Positions 19,179-29,128 are shown, numbered from the stretch's first letter. The stretch is DNA of 64,000 bases from Kiritimatiellia bacterium (GCA_035449085.1 DAOTKE010000001.1:1232-65231); one strand, 5' to 3'. Numbers and translations: made by a program. Notes: generated from the sequence alone by a model not told the origin.

Positions 19179-19433
19179 TTTTTAACGCAGAGACGGGGAG
19201 ACGCGGAGAAGGAGGAAGGAAGAAGGAGGAAGGAGAGAACGCGGAATGTCGAACGTCGAACGCTGAACGCTGAACTCGGAAGTTGTGAGGGTGGGAGAGA
19301 CTGGGGGATTTAGTGCCTTGCGGCTCGACAAGCACAATAAAAAACAAGTTGTTTCTCACACGAAGCCACGAAGGGCACGAAGGTGGATGCCGTTTTAAAA
19401 GAAGCCTTTGTGGCCTTTGTGCCTTTGTGTGAG
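19175..19433 (+). repeat. Copy 2 of the intergenic repeat element, extended by a long strand-specific hairpin (19355-19433)
   Basis: Starts at the vapC stop. Carries a GA-rich heptamer run (GAGAAGG AGGAAGG AAGAAGG AGGAAGG) and a GAACGNN array (19237-19285). The 3' part folds into a 29-bp imperfect stem, CTCACACGAAGCCACGAAGGGCACGAAGG paired with CCTTTGTGGCCTTTGTGCCTTTGTGTGAG, with a 21-nt loop. The three G.U wobbles only form in the plus-strand transcript. Confidence 0.6.
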
Positions 19434-19462
19434 ATTGAATTGGGTTGCGGGCTACGCCCGCG

Positions 19463-19846
19463 TTAGTTTGACATTAGACATTTGTCGCTTTCAGCAGCCT
19501 TAACGCATGTGCGGCCGACCGATGCAAGGCTTTGTCGGTGTTCAGCCGAGCCGCCATCCTTTCGACCGCCTTTGCGACCGCAGGTACGGCCAGCCCGCCC
19601 GCCTGTTTTCCAATTGTCATAGACATTCACCGCATGCGGACCGTCTGCAAACGTCCCCTTCTCGGTCAGCAATGCACGCAAAGCCGTATACGGGACGTCC
19701 TTGAGCTCGCAACGCCTGTCGATCGAGACCTTCGCGGCCGCGGCGGCGGCAAAGCCGAGCATGCGCATGTGTGACTGCATCCTGAGTCCGCCCCCCGCAT
19801 CATGGGCAACGCCGTAGTGCTTGGCCGCGAGCAGGAGTTCCCGCAT
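19463..19846 (-). pseudogene. Short ORF, possible 5' remnant of a gene truncated by the repeat/TA insertion
   Basis: 127 aa. The first ~85 aa are protein-like (..LLAAKHYGVAHDAGGG..KVSIDRRCELKDVPYTALRALLTEKGTFADGPHAVNVYDNWKTG). The rest reads through the repeat hairpin as low-complexity nonsense. No homolog recognised with confidence. Confidence 0.25.
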
Positions 19847-20945
19847 ATTGCAGCCGTTGGGGCCGGGCGAGGTGGAGCCGCAGGGATGGCTGCGGGATCG
19901 TGCCGAGGCGATGGCGGCGGGTTATACCGGACACTCCCACGAGATGCATCAGGATTTTGCGCTGCCGTGGACGGCGACCTTCAAAGAGCCGCGCCCCGCG
20001 CCGCACTGCTGGCCCTACGAATGCGGCGCGTACTGGCTGGACGGTCTCGCCCGTCTCGCCTACCAGCTCGATGATCCCAAGCTGATCGAGCTCGTGAAGG
20101 CGCGCGTCGAGCCGGTGTTAAGCGATATCGACGAGAATACGCTGCTGTTCTACACCTGCATGAGTCGCACGAATGCCGTCGACCTTCAGAATTTTAAGAA
20201 GGAGCCGTTCTTCATCCGTGCCGCGGGACAGTACGCGCGCGGACTCTGGGCGTACTACCTTGCGACGAAGGACGAGCGGGGGCTGCGGGCGTTCCGTTAC
20301 GCATACAGTAGCGAGCCGGATTGGTTGAACGGCGTCCTCTCGATCAAGGGTGTGTCGTCGATCATGGACGCCTATGTTCAGGGCACCGCGTCCTGTAGCG
20401 GCGGCGCTCTCGCCGCCGCCCTCCAGGACTGGTCCCGCTTGGCGAAGATGTTCGACGCGCTCTTCGACCGAAAGCAGACGCGGCAGAAAGACTGGCCGTG
20501 GCACGACCACCTCGAACCGCCGAAGCCAGGTGACATGTCCTTTCTCGCGGGGAAGCAGGACGGCAATAACGGCTGGGGACGCTGGCATGGCGTGATGATG
20601 AGCGAGACGCTCGGCCCGCTCGTGATGGCGCTCAACCTTGAGGGCGCGGACGAGAACACGCATCGCGAAGGCGCCGCATGGCAGTTTGCGTATGATGCCT
20701 CCTCTTTCTCCGCCAAGGTGGTGCGCAAGCCGGTCAAGAGCGGTTTCGCCTGGGATGTGGACGCGCCGGTTGAAGTCGCGGCGGATCTGGTCGCCGCCAT
20801 GTGGGAGCACGATGCAAAAAATCCACGGCTTCCGAAATCGGTTACGCCTGGTGCGAAGCAGCAGGTCAAACTCGTCCCCTACGGCTGTTCGCGCATGCGC
20901 GTCTCTATGTTCCCATGTGCCGCACCGGAGCCGTCGGTGCACTAG
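19821..20945 (+). CDS. Six-hairpin (alpha/alpha)6 glycoside-hydrolase-like protein, possibly GH88/GH105 unsaturated glycuronyl hydrolase family; real start may be ATG 19911
   Basis: WPYECGAYWLDGLARLAYQLDDPKLIE resembles the W.YE.G....GL..LY..T.D..Y motif near the N-terminus of GH105/GH88 enzymes. ~345-375 aa fits that family. Uncertain. Confidence 0.4.
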   Translation: MAASRSSRILQPLGPGEVEPQGWLRDRAEAMAAGYTGHSHEMHQDFALPWTATFKEPRPAPHCWPYECGAYWLDGLARLAYQLDDPKLIELVKARVEPVLSDIDENTLLFYTCMSRTNAVDLQNFKKEPFFIRAAGQYARGLWAYYLATKDERGLRAFRYAYSSEPDWLNGVLSIKGVSSIMDAYVQGTASCSGGALAAALQDWSRLAKMFDALFDRKQTRQKDWPWHDHLEPPKPGDMSFLAGKQDGNNGWGRWHGVMMSETLGPLVMALNLEGADENTHREGAAWQFAYDASSFSAKVVRKPVKSGFAWDVDAPVEVAADLVAAMWEHDAKNPRLPKSVTPGAKQQVKLVPYGCSRMRVSMFPCAAPEPSVH

Positions 20946-20953
20946 CCCTTGGC

Positions 20954-22228
20954 CTATTCGTGCCGCAGGGCGGTGAGCGGATCGAGCTGGGCGGCTTTCC
21001 AGGCCGGATGCGTTCCGAAGGTGATGCCGGTGATCACGGAGACCGCCAGAGCGACGATCAGTGACTCGGAGGTCACCACCGCCTTGAGGCCGGCCTCGCC
21101 GCCCATGCGCGAGATCCACTCGGCGGTGGCAGCCGTCGCGATGCCCAGCCCCGCGCCGAGTCCGCCGCCGATCGAGGTCAGCAGGACCGATTCGGCGAGA
21201 AACTGCCACAGGATGTCGCGCTTACGCGCGCCTAGCGCCCGCCGCACGCCGATCTCGCGTGTCCGTTCGAAAATGTTGGCGAGCATGATGTTCATGATGC
21301 CGATGCCGCCCACCAGCAGGGAGATGGCGGCGATCGACGTCATCACCACGGTGAAGATGCGCTGCGTGCGGCGCGCGCTCTGCAAGAGTTCATAGGGGAC
21401 CTGCACCTCATAGTCAACCTGCGCGTGCGCCTCGCGCAGATAGGTGCGCAACCGGCCGGCCGTGCCGGGGATCGCGTCGATGTTTTTCGCCGCGAGATAG
21501 AGAAAGTCATAATCCACCTTTTCGGCCATGCCGCGACGCATCTGGACGGTGATGCCGCCCCACAGCGAAGTGGCCGTTTCGATCGGCATGCAGACGAGGT
21601 TGTTGAGCTCAAGCTGACCTCCGATACGGCCGCCTCCGGGGCTTTCCATCAAACCGACAACACGGAACGAAATGTTACCGATCACCACGGTCTGCCCGAG
21701 CGGGTCGCGGTGGCCGAAGAGCCGGCGCGCGGCCTTGACGCCGACCACGCAGACCGGATCCAGGATCTTGCCGTCGGTTGGCGCCAGAAAGCGGCTGCGA
21801 CGGTCCACCAGCCGACAGCGGGAGACTTCCAGAAACGCCGGGGTGGTGGCGACGGCCTTGATGTCGGTGGACATCTGTCCCAGAAAAATCTCGCGGCGCA
21901 CCTCCATGACCGGCACGATCAGCCGCACATTTTCAAAGACGCGCTCGATGTGTTCCACATCGCGTTGCGTGATGCCGTACCGCTGCGTGAAGGAGCGCGT
22001 GGTCTGCTGAGCGTTCCCTTCCGCGGGTTTGACCGAACGCAGGATGATGTTATCGACACCTTGTGATTCGATCTGACGCAAGGCCTCGCGCCGCCCGCCT
22101 TCACTGATGGCCAGCATGGCCACGACCGCCGCGATGCCCAGCACGATGCCGAGCGTGGCCAGCAGCGACCGCACCAGATGGCGCGTCAGGCTGGCGTAAA
22201 CGGTCCGGGCCATTTCCAGCGGATTCAT
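20954..22228 (-). CDS. ABC transporter permease, MacB/FtsX-like (4-TM with large periplasmic domain)
   Basis: 424 aa. N-terminal TM, ~250-aa periplasmic domain, C-terminal 3 TM FtsX-like module. Downstream of the ATPase 22225..22932. Confidence 0.8.
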   Translation of the reverse strand: MNPLEMARTVYASLTRHLVRSLLATLGIVLGIAAVVAMLAISEGGRREALRQIESQGVDNIILRSVKPAEGNAQQTTRSFTQRYGITQRDVEHIERVFENVRLIVPVMEVRREIFLGQMSTDIKAVATTPAFLEVSRCRLVDRRSRFLAPTDGKILDPVCVVGVKAARRLFGHRDPLGQTVVIGNISFRVVGLMESPGGGRIGGQLELNNLVCMPIETATSLWGGITVQMRRGMAEKVDYDFLYLAAKNIDAIPGTAGRLRTYLREAHAQVDYEVQVPYELLQSARRTQRIFTVVMTSIAAISLLVGGIGIMNIMLANIFERTREIGVRRALGARKRDILWQFLAESVLLTSIGGGLGAGLGIATAATAEWISRMGGEAGLKAVVTSESLIVALAVSVITGITFGTHPAWKAAQLDPLTALRHE

Positions 22229-22932
22229 GCTTCGCTGGCCCTCCCGTCATGGATCGTGACGGCCTGCGTGGCGTAGACGCGGTAGGCCGGATTATGCGTC
22301 ACCATGATGATGGTCTTGCCGCTGCGATGCAGCTCCTGGAAAATGCCCAGCACTTCCAGCCCGGTTTTCTCGTCGAGATTCCCGGTGGGCTCATCGGCCA
22401 GGATGACGGGCGGATCGTTGGCGAGCGCGCGCGCGATGGCGACGCGCTGGCACTGCCCGCCCGAGAGCTGGGTGGGGCGCGAGTGGTAACGGCCGCCCAG
22501 TCCGAAACGGTCTAACAGCTCTTTGGCCCGTTTACGCATGACCGAGCGCGGAATGCCCGCGTACTGCATCGGGACGCAGACGTTCTCCAGGATCGTCAGA
22601 TGAGACAGCAGATTGAAGGATTGAAAAACCATGCCGATCATCTTGCAGCGCACCGCCGACGTGGCGTCGTCGTTGAGTCTCGACACTTCACGGCCCTCCA
22701 ACAGGTAGGTTCCGGCGGTGGGGCGCATCAGCAGTCCGAAGAGATTCAGCAGGGTCGATTTGCCCGAGCCGGAAGGGCCCATCACGGTCAGGAATGCGCC
22801 GTGCCTGACGATGAGGTCAGTTGGACGCAAAGCATAGATCTGTGTGCCGCCGGCCTCGTACGTTTTGGCCAGCCCGCGCAGTTCGATCAACGGCGCTTGC
22901 GGTGGCGGCGAATGGGGGTGTGCGTCACTCAT
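22225..22932 (-). CDS. ABC transporter ATP-binding protein (MacB/LolD-like)
   Basis: Walker [10 protein letters not shown], signature [15 protein letters not shown], Walker [12 protein letters not shown]. Confidence 0.9.
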   Translation of the reverse strand: MSDAHPHSPPPQAPLIELRGLAKTYEAGGTQIYALRPTDLIVRHGAFLTVMGPSGSGKSTLLNLFGLLMRPTAGTYLLEGREVSRLNDDATSAVRCKMIGMVFQSFNLLSHLTILENVCVPMQYAGIPRSVMRKRAKELLDRFGLGGRYHSRPTQLSGGQCQRVAIARALANDPPVILADEPTGNLDEKTGLEVLGIFQELHRSGKTIIMVTHNPAYRVYATQAVTIHDGRASEA

Positions 22933-24773
22933 GGCGTGAGCGGCTCCACGATGCGGTTGGTTAAGAGATCCAGCACCGTCCGATCCAGCACGAACAGCAC
23001 ATCCAGCCCGCGCACGGCCGCGTAACGCTTACCGAAACCGGCCTCGCGCCCGATCTGGAGCGTCTTGCGTACGGCGTCCCGCGCATCGACATCGATGCTG
23101 ATCTCAAGCCAGGGCTCACGCAGGCCGAAGGTGGCGAATTGATCCGCATCCAGCCCCACACCCTCGATGCGGTCGGCTTGCAGGTTTTCGATGCAGGCGA
23201 GCAGGGCCTGCAACCGTTCATCAACAATGTGCCCGGCCGTTCCCTCGCCCAGATGCCACAACGCCTCGCTGCTTGCACGTTCCACGGCCATGGTCGGTGC
23301 CCCCTCGCGCGTGACCGCGATCCGCCGCACGCTGGCCCGCGGAAGACGCAGCACGCTCTTGTCGCGCAAACTGAACACGCCGGCCCTGTTGACCAAGGCC
23401 GGCGGCAGGTTGCTGGAGGCGACCTGGTACACCGTCGGCGCATTCGTGAATATCAGGTTGAAAACGGCGCCCTCCAGATCTCCGGGAACCACCAGGAAAC
23501 GCCATGCGACCTGTTCAGCCGTCAATTCAACGTGACTGATCGGCGAAGGGCGTTCATGAACCGCGGTCTTGGTATCCTCTCCGTTCTCAAAGATGGCGTC
23601 AGCGCGCAGACTCAATATCCGGTCGATGGTGTCGCGCACCGCAAACGGGTCCGCCTCGTCGGAAACAGGAGACTCAAATCTCCAGAAGCCATTGGTCTGG
23701 GTCAACACGAACAGCGTATCGCCCAGATGGATCTGTAGGCGCTGTATGTCGGCGGCAGGCCCGGAAAAGGGCCGCGGGTCACGCAGGTCGGCGACCGACA
23801 GCCGGAAGGCGTCAGCCACTGAATTTGAAACCGCACCGATCGCCTCGCCCCCCGGCAGGAGCGCGTAGCAGAGCGACGCGGCACCATCGAGCGTGTGCCC
23901 CAAAATGATTTTTTCGGGTGGCGTGCTGCCATTTTCCTGCACCGTGAGTTGAATGCCGGAATCGGGCCCCAGCCCGTAAAGCCCCATCCGTGTTTTGAGG
24001 GCAGAGTCGGTCTGGGCAACATCCATGACATTCGAGACGGTGGGCCAGACAAAATACGTGAGTCTTGCCGCATAAAGCGTGTCGAGAAGGGCGCTAACCC
24101 GTTCGTCATCCGCAGGGGCCGCCGTCGGTTGGATCAGTCGCCATGTGCCCGTTTCCTTTGACAGCGTAATGAACGGGCGGCCGGGCGCGCGCACTTCGAT
24201 CATACGGATTGCGTTGCGGGCGCTGTGCACGAGTTTGCGTGAACGGAGATCGTCGGCCGTGTGCGGGATCGCGTCGAACAATGCGGCCGGCACGACCAAA
24301 ATCTGGTCGGAGACGTCAACGCGCAGATACAGTTCGCTGCTGAGCGGGGTGAAGGCTCCTACGAGGAACGATTCGATGTGTTGCGGGCCTTCCAACGTCA
24401 CACGGATACGGGGCGGCGCCAGGCCAAAATCACGGAGCGAAAGCTCACGCTTGCGGAGCTCCTGAAATGCGATGGCATCCTTAACCTGTGCCGATTCAAA
24501 CGCATCGAGCAACCGTGCCACCGCGCCCTGTTCAACCTGCGCGGGGAAGGGGGCGGTCATGCGCCAACGTCCTCCCGTCAACTCGACACACATACGCGCC
24601 TCGCCGCGGTCAATGGTCAAGCGCTCCACGCGGCCCAGGGCTTCGTCGATCACACGGGAACGGGTGCTTTCCCGTCTGCCGAAAGCCTGTTGCTTCACAT
24701 GCAAGTGCCACAGCAGCAGCATGCAGACCGCGATGGCCGTTAACAAAAAAAGAATGACTCGCCGGTTACCCAT
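22929..24773 (-). CDS. DUF4340-like protein associated with GldG-type ABC systems
   Basis: 614 aa, N-terminal TM anchor. Sits directly downstream of the GldG-like gene with a 10-nt gap. Family assignment from context and general sequence character. Confidence 0.45.
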   Translation of the reverse strand: MGNRRVILFLLTAIAVCMLLLWHLHVKQQAFGRRESTRSRVIDEALGRVERLTIDRGEARMCVELTGGRWRMTAPFPAQVEQGAVARLLDAFESAQVKDAIAFQELRKRELSLRDFGLAPPRIRVTLEGPQHIESFLVGAFTPLSSELYLRVDVSDQILVVPAALFDAIPHTADDLRSRKLVHSARNAIRMIEVRAPGRPFITLSKETGTWRLIQPTAAPADDERVSALLDTLYAARLTYFVWPTVSNVMDVAQTDSALKTRMGLYGLGPDSGIQLTVQENGSTPPEKIILGHTLDGAASLCYALLPGGEAIGAVSNSVADAFRLSVADLRDPRPFSGPAADIQRLQIHLGDTLFVLTQTNGFWRFESPVSDEADPFAVRDTIDRILSLRADAIFENGEDTKTAVHERPSPISHVELTAEQVAWRFLVVPGDLEGAVFNLIFTNAPTVYQVASSNLPPALVNRAGVFSLRDKSVLRLPRASVRRIAVTREGAPTMAVERASSEALWHLGEGTAGHIVDERLQALLACIENLQADRIEGVGLDADQFATFGLREPWLEISIDVDARDAVRKTLQIGREAGFGKRYAAVRGLDVLFVLDRTVLDLLTNRIVEPLTP

Positions 24774-24782
24774 ATCCGTTTT

Positions 24783-26285
24783 CTACCGCCTCGTTCTCAC
24801 CGACGCCAGACAGAACACAAGGAAGACGCAGAACGGCACGACACCTGCGGCCCCCACCATGAAAAGAACCCACTCGCGTCGCGTAAAGCCGGTCACCAGC
24901 GTGGCGTCGCCTCCCAGCGAGGGGGCGGATCCCATGTCGATGCCGGCCAGCCAGGCGACGGCATTCACGAAAAAGTCTCGGTTGGCGCTCGCGCGCGAGG
25001 CGAGCATGCCGTTCATGACAAAATCGGTCTCGCCGATCACACACAGGCGTGTCGGCCGGAACGCCACGTCCTTCGCGACGCTACCGCCGCGCTCGGAGAC
25101 GGCCGCTACGGCCACCGGCCCCGGCAGTTCGGTCTGCGGGTCGAACTGCCGCGGAAACACGTCAGGCCGGCTTTCACCCCATCCGTCCGCATCGGTCGAA
25201 ACGAGCAGAGTGACCCTGGGCTGATCCGCGCTGGCCGGTGCGGAAATCTCGCTCAACGCCTGAAGGCAATGGGCATTGTTGAAGACCAGCGAGGCGTTCT
25301 TGAGTTCGCGCGTGATGACGTGGTCGGCAAAGCGCGACAGCACGATCTCTTGACCGGAGAGCGTCTGCGGGCCGGCGGCAAAAAAAGGCGACAGCTCGAT
25401 CCCCCATTTGGCAAGCAAGCCCTCCATTCCGGTTGCGGCACGTGCGGCCGCCAGATACAGCAAGCGGCCGCCGTTTTGCAGGAAACTGTCAAGCAGCGCG
25501 ATCTCCTCCGTGTTCAGTGCGTGGCGCGCGCCGGCCATGACCAGCACGTGGCAATCATCGGGAATGCGGCTCAGTCCGGGCAGCGCAAGGGACTTCAGTT
25601 CAAAACCTCCTCGCCGCAGTTCCCGGGCAATGTCCGAAAAACTGTGCAATTCATCGTAATCATCAAAACGCACTTCGCCGTGCCCTCGCAGCCAATAGAT
25701 GACCGCCCGTTCAGCAGGCAGAGTCAGACGCGCGACCGCCGCCGCGCACACGCTTTCACCCCGGAACACACCCAGTTCCCGGTCCCCACGCGTGTCGAGA
25801 TCCTCCTGCGTACGCAACAGGGAACGCTGCGCGATCATCTCGTCGAGGGTCACAATCAGTCGGCGGCGCTGACGCTCCAGCAGCAAGGCGTTCTCCGGCA
25901 CCTCCAGTGCAGCGAGTTGCCCCGCCCGTGCCAGATCCCACCGGGGATCGACATACTGGATGACGATATCGGCGCCGGCCACACTGCGCGAGGCTTGCCG
26001 CAACCCGCGCAACAGCCGCGAGACCGGCCTGAACATTGGGTGCCGGCGATCCATAAAGCAGGTGATGCGGATTGATCCTTGTGTGTCGGCCAAAATGTTC
26101 CGCGTGCGTTCTGAGACCCGCGTAACCTTGTCGACGTTGACCTCCCACGTCAACGCCGTGCGATAGGCCAGCGCCACAATCAGGAGACAGAGCACACCGC
26201 CCAGCGCAATGGCCATCAGCGTGGTACTCTGCAGGGCAAGGCGTCCCGATTTTGGTGTTTTGACTGGGGCAGGTTGTTTTCTCAC
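24783..26285 (-). CDS. GldG-like ABC-transporter auxiliary component (ABC-type uncharacterized transport system)
   Basis: Real start likely GTG at 26285, 4 nt after the permease stop. The first 71 codons of track ORF 24783..26498 are an antisense shadow of the permease gene. N-terminal and C-terminal TM helices flank a large periplasmic domain. Confidence 0.55.
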   Translation of the reverse strand: MRKQPAPVKTPKSGRLALQSTTLMAIALGGVLCLLIVALAYRTALTWEVNVDKVTRVSERTRNILADTQGSIRITCFMDRRHPMFRPVSRLLRGLRQASRSVAGADIVIQYVDPRWDLARAGQLAALEVPENALLLERQRRRLIVTLDEMIAQRSLLRTQEDLDTRGDRELGVFRGESVCAAAVARLTLPAERAVIYWLRGHGEVRFDDYDELHSFSDIARELRRGGFELKSLALPGLSRIPDDCHVLVMAGARHALNTEEIALLDSFLQNGGRLLYLAAARAATGMEGLLAKWGIELSPFFAAGPQTLSGQEIVLSRFADHVITRELKNASLVFNNAHCLQALSEISAPASADQPRVTLLVSTDADGWGESRPDVFPRQFDPQTELPGPVAVAAVSERGGSVAKDVAFRPTRLCVIGETDFVMNGMLASRASANRDFFVNAVAWLAGIDMGSAPSLGGDATLVTGFTRREWVLFMVGAAGVVPFCVFLVFCLASVRTRR

Positions 26286-26289
26286 GGCA

Positions 26290-27033
26290 TCATCCCCGCA
26301 GACGCAGCAGCGCCAGCAGTTTGGAACAGGCGAACAGGAAGAAAAGGGTCGTTGCGACGTAAAGTGTGATGACGGAGGTCGAGAAAAGCCCGGTCGAGAA
26401 GTCATAAACGTGTACCAGCAACGGCATCCACGCCACCGACGCGCGCACGTCAGGCATCCAGGCCAGGATCGCCGCATAAACGGCGATCGGCAAGGCACTG
26501 CACACGATCAGCGAGCTGACGGCGGCGGCGGCCTGGTTGCGGAAAAGCACCGAAATCATCGTGCCCGCTGCACACCAGGTCGAGGCCTGCAACAACAGGA
26601 TCAGGGCAGTCGCGGTGATCGCGGCAACACCGGGCGGCACAAGCGAAGGCGCGGATAACGCAGGCAAAAACAGCACGGGAACCACCAACGATACCCCCAG
26701 TGTTCCGGCAATGACCGTCATGGCAGAGAGGAATTTGCCGAGAACGAGGTCACGCTCGCGGATCGGCGAGGACATCAACAGGTCGATCATGCCGGTCGCG
26801 CGCTCTTCAGCGAAAAGGCGCATGGTCAGCACGGCGCTCAGGAACGGCAGCCAAGGCGCGGCCGACAGCCCCCAGATGCTTTGGATCTGCAGCACACTCC
26901 CCTCGTTGTTGCGCAGCATCATTACGAACGTCCACCCGTAAACCGCCAGAAACGCCGCCACCGGCACACCGCAGGAGAGGGCACCCCGGAAGGCACGGAC
27001 CTCGCGCAGCCAGATGACCTGGATTGCCTTCAT
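26290..27033 (-). CDS. ABC-2 family transporter permease (GldF-like)
   Basis: 247 aa, 6 predicted TM helices. ATGA overlap with the upstream ATPase. Confidence 0.7.
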   Translation of the reverse strand: MKAIQVIWLREVRAFRGALSCGVPVAAFLAVYGWTFVMMLRNNEGSVLQIQSIWGLSAAPWLPFLSAVLTMRLFAEERATGMIDLLMSSPIRERDLVLGKFLSAMTVIAGTLGVSLVVPVLFLPALSAPSLVPPGVAAITATALILLLQASTWCAAGTMISVLFRNQAAAAVSSLIVCSALPIAVYAAILAWMPDVRASVAWMPLLVHVYDFSTGLFSTSVITLYVATTLFFLFACSKLLALLRLRG

Positions 27034-27758
27034 GCCAAGTCCTCCTGTGCATCACTTTGTCCTGCAAGCATCCGGTCAATACGAGCCGTGAGTTCGGCGC
27101 GGTCGAAATCGCTGGTACGGAACATGGCTACGATGCGACCTCGGATCATCACCAGCACGCGCGTGCACCAGTTTAACATCTCGTCGATTTCGTGACCCGC
27201 CACAACGACAGCCGCGCGCGATGAGGCGGTCGATAACGCCGTGCCGCACGCCGTGCGTTGGGGCCGGTCCAGTCCGGCCAAGAGATCGTCCAGCAGCAGC
27301 AGCTTGGGATGCGTGCTCAAGGCGTCCGCCAGACTGACACGCTTGCGATACCCATGGGAAAGCAGGCGGATACGCGTATTGTGCATGCCGGAAAGACCGC
27401 TCACAGCCAAGGCCTCGCTGACGCGCCGCCGCACGCGCATGGTGCGCTCGCCTTTCAAACGTACGCGGTAAGTCAGATACTCCTGCACGGTCATGTCGTT
27501 GTAAAGCGGGACGTGCTCCGAGAGGTAGCCGATACTGTGTCGGTATTTGACGGGCCGCTGCAGCGTGTCGACTCCATGCAGCCGCACGGTTCCGGCGTCC
27601 TGCATCAGCAGGCAGGCCAGGATTTTCATCAGTGTCGTCTTGCCCGCTCCGTTGGAACCGGTCACCGCGACGATTTCGCCGGGGGCCACGTCAAACGAGA
27701 TGTCCGTCAGGATCCGGCGCGCGCCGTAGGAAAAAGAGATATGGTCCACATCCAGCAT
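27030..27758 (-). CDS. ABC transporter ATP-binding protein (GldA-like)
   Basis: Walker A GSNGAGKTT, signature LSHGYRKRVSLADAL, Walker B LLLDD. Confidence 0.85.
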   Translation of the reverse strand: MLDVDHISFSYGARRILTDISFDVAPGEIVAVTGSNGAGKTTLMKILACLLMQDAGTVRLHGVDTLQRPVKYRHSIGYLSEHVPLYNDMTVQEYLTYRVRLKGERTMRVRRRVSEALAVSGLSGMHNTRIRLLSHGYRKRVSLADALSTHPKLLLLDDLLAGLDRPQRTACGTALSTASSRAAVVVAGHEIDEMLNWCTRVLVMIRGRIVAMFRTSDFDRAELTARIDRMLAGQSDAQEDLA

Positions 27759-27772
27759 CGCAGGACAGTCCT

Positions 27773-29128
27773 CTACACGCTCATGTCCACAAAGGGCGCC
27801 AAGGCCGCTTCCAGCACAGCCAGCCGCTCGCGCAACAACGCCGCGTCGCGCGTTTCAACAATCAGCCGCAGATAGGGTTCAGTGTTTGACGGACGGACGC
27901 AGAGCCAGCCGTCGGCATCGTCGAGACGCACGCCGTCGATCTCGCAGCGGGTGCCACCGGCGCTCCAGGCTTCGGCGGCCACAAGCACCGCGGTGATCGC
28001 CTGGTCTTTCGCGGCGACGCGGTAATTCAGCTCGCCGGAGTTGGCATAGCGGCAGATCGGGGCCATCAGGGCACTGAAACTCATGCCTTGGCGTTTGGCG
28101 TCGGCCAGGGCGCCCAGCACCAGCAGGGCGGCCAGTTCACCGGAATCGCAGCAGAAAAAGTCACGGAAGTAGTAGTGGCCAGCCAGCTCGCCGCCACACA
28201 CCGCACCGGTCTCGCGCAGCAGCACTTTGGCGAAGGCGTGCCCGACCTTGCCGATGACGGTTCGCGCGCCGTCGGCCTGCAGCGCCTCGATCGCACCGCG
28301 CGAAGTCCGCACATCGTGGATGACGGTCGCGCCGGGTTCGTGCGCGAGAAAGGCGCGCGCGATGATTGGGATCAGGTAGTCCGGCTGCACGAAGGTACCG
28401 TTCTCATCCACGAACATCACACGGTCGGCATCGCCATCAAAGATCACGCCGGCGTCAAGCCCTTGGTCGCGCACCAGCCGGGCAAGCTGTTCACGGCTCG
28501 CCGCCTCCAGCGGATTGGGCGAGTGGTGGGGGAAAGTCCCGTCGGGCTGGTCGTTGAGATAGATCGGGGCGTCACCCAGCAGATCTCGGATGAACAGCCC
28601 CGCGACGCCGTCTGAACAGTCCACCGCATAACACAATCCGCTGAGGTCGGTGCGGAACGCGCAGAGCCACTTGACAAAAGCGTCGCGGTAGTTGACCTCG
28701 CGCCGTGCGCCCGGTTGAGACGCGGCAGGCGGCAGAACGCCGGATGAGACGCGCGCTTCAAGCTCGGCCAGGCCGGTCGCGTAGCCCACAGGCCGGGCAC
28801 CGGCGGTCGATACCTTCATGCCGTTGTGCGAGGACGGATTGTGTGAGGCCGTAATCTGTACCGAGGCGTCATAGCCTTCGCGCGCCGTGAAAAAGTAGAC
28901 CATCGGGGTGGTGGCCAGACCCATGTCGTCCACCGCGCAGCCGGCCTCAGTCAGGCCCCGGCAGAGCGCATCGCACACGGAGGGGGAGGAGAGACGCGCG
29001 TCGCGTCCGACCAGCCAGCGTTGCGCGCCCAGCACGAGCGGCAGCCAGCGCCCGATGCGGTACACGGTGTCGAGACCGAAGTCCCGGCCGAACTCGCCGC
29101 GCATGTCATAGGCTTTGAAAAAGGACAT
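27773..29128 (-). CDS. Phosphomannomutase/phosphoglucomutase (alpha-D-phosphohexomutase family)
   Basis: Active-site TASHNP (catalytic Ser), Mg-binding FDGDADR, GEE.G substrate loop. 451 aa. Confidence 0.85.
   Translation of the reverse strand: MSFFKAYDMRGEFGRDFGLDTVYRIGRWLPLVLGAQRWLVGRDARLSSPSVCDALCRGLTEAGCAVDDMGLATTPMVYFFTAREGYDASVQITASHNPSSHNGMKVSTAGARPVGYATGLAELEARVSSGVLPPAASQPGARREVNYRDAFVKWLCAFRTDLSGLCYAVDCSDGVAGLFIRDLLGDAPIYLNDQPDGTFPHHSPNPLEAASREQLARLVRDQGLDAGVIFDGDADRVMFVDENGTFVQPDYLIPIIARAFLAHEPGATVIHDVRTSRGAIEALQADGARTVIGKVGHAFAKVLLRETGAVCGGELAGHYYFRDFFCCDSGELAALLVLGALADAKRQGMSFSALMAPICRYANSGELNYRVAAKDQAITAVLVAAEAWSAGGTRCEIDGVRLDDADGWLCVRPSNTEPYLRLIVETRDAALLRERLAVLEAALAPFVDMSV

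Noticed and set aside
18266-19285. Short tandem repeats considered as a possible CRISPR array
   Set aside because: Units are 7 nt with no spacers and no cas genes; they form part of a larger duplicated element.
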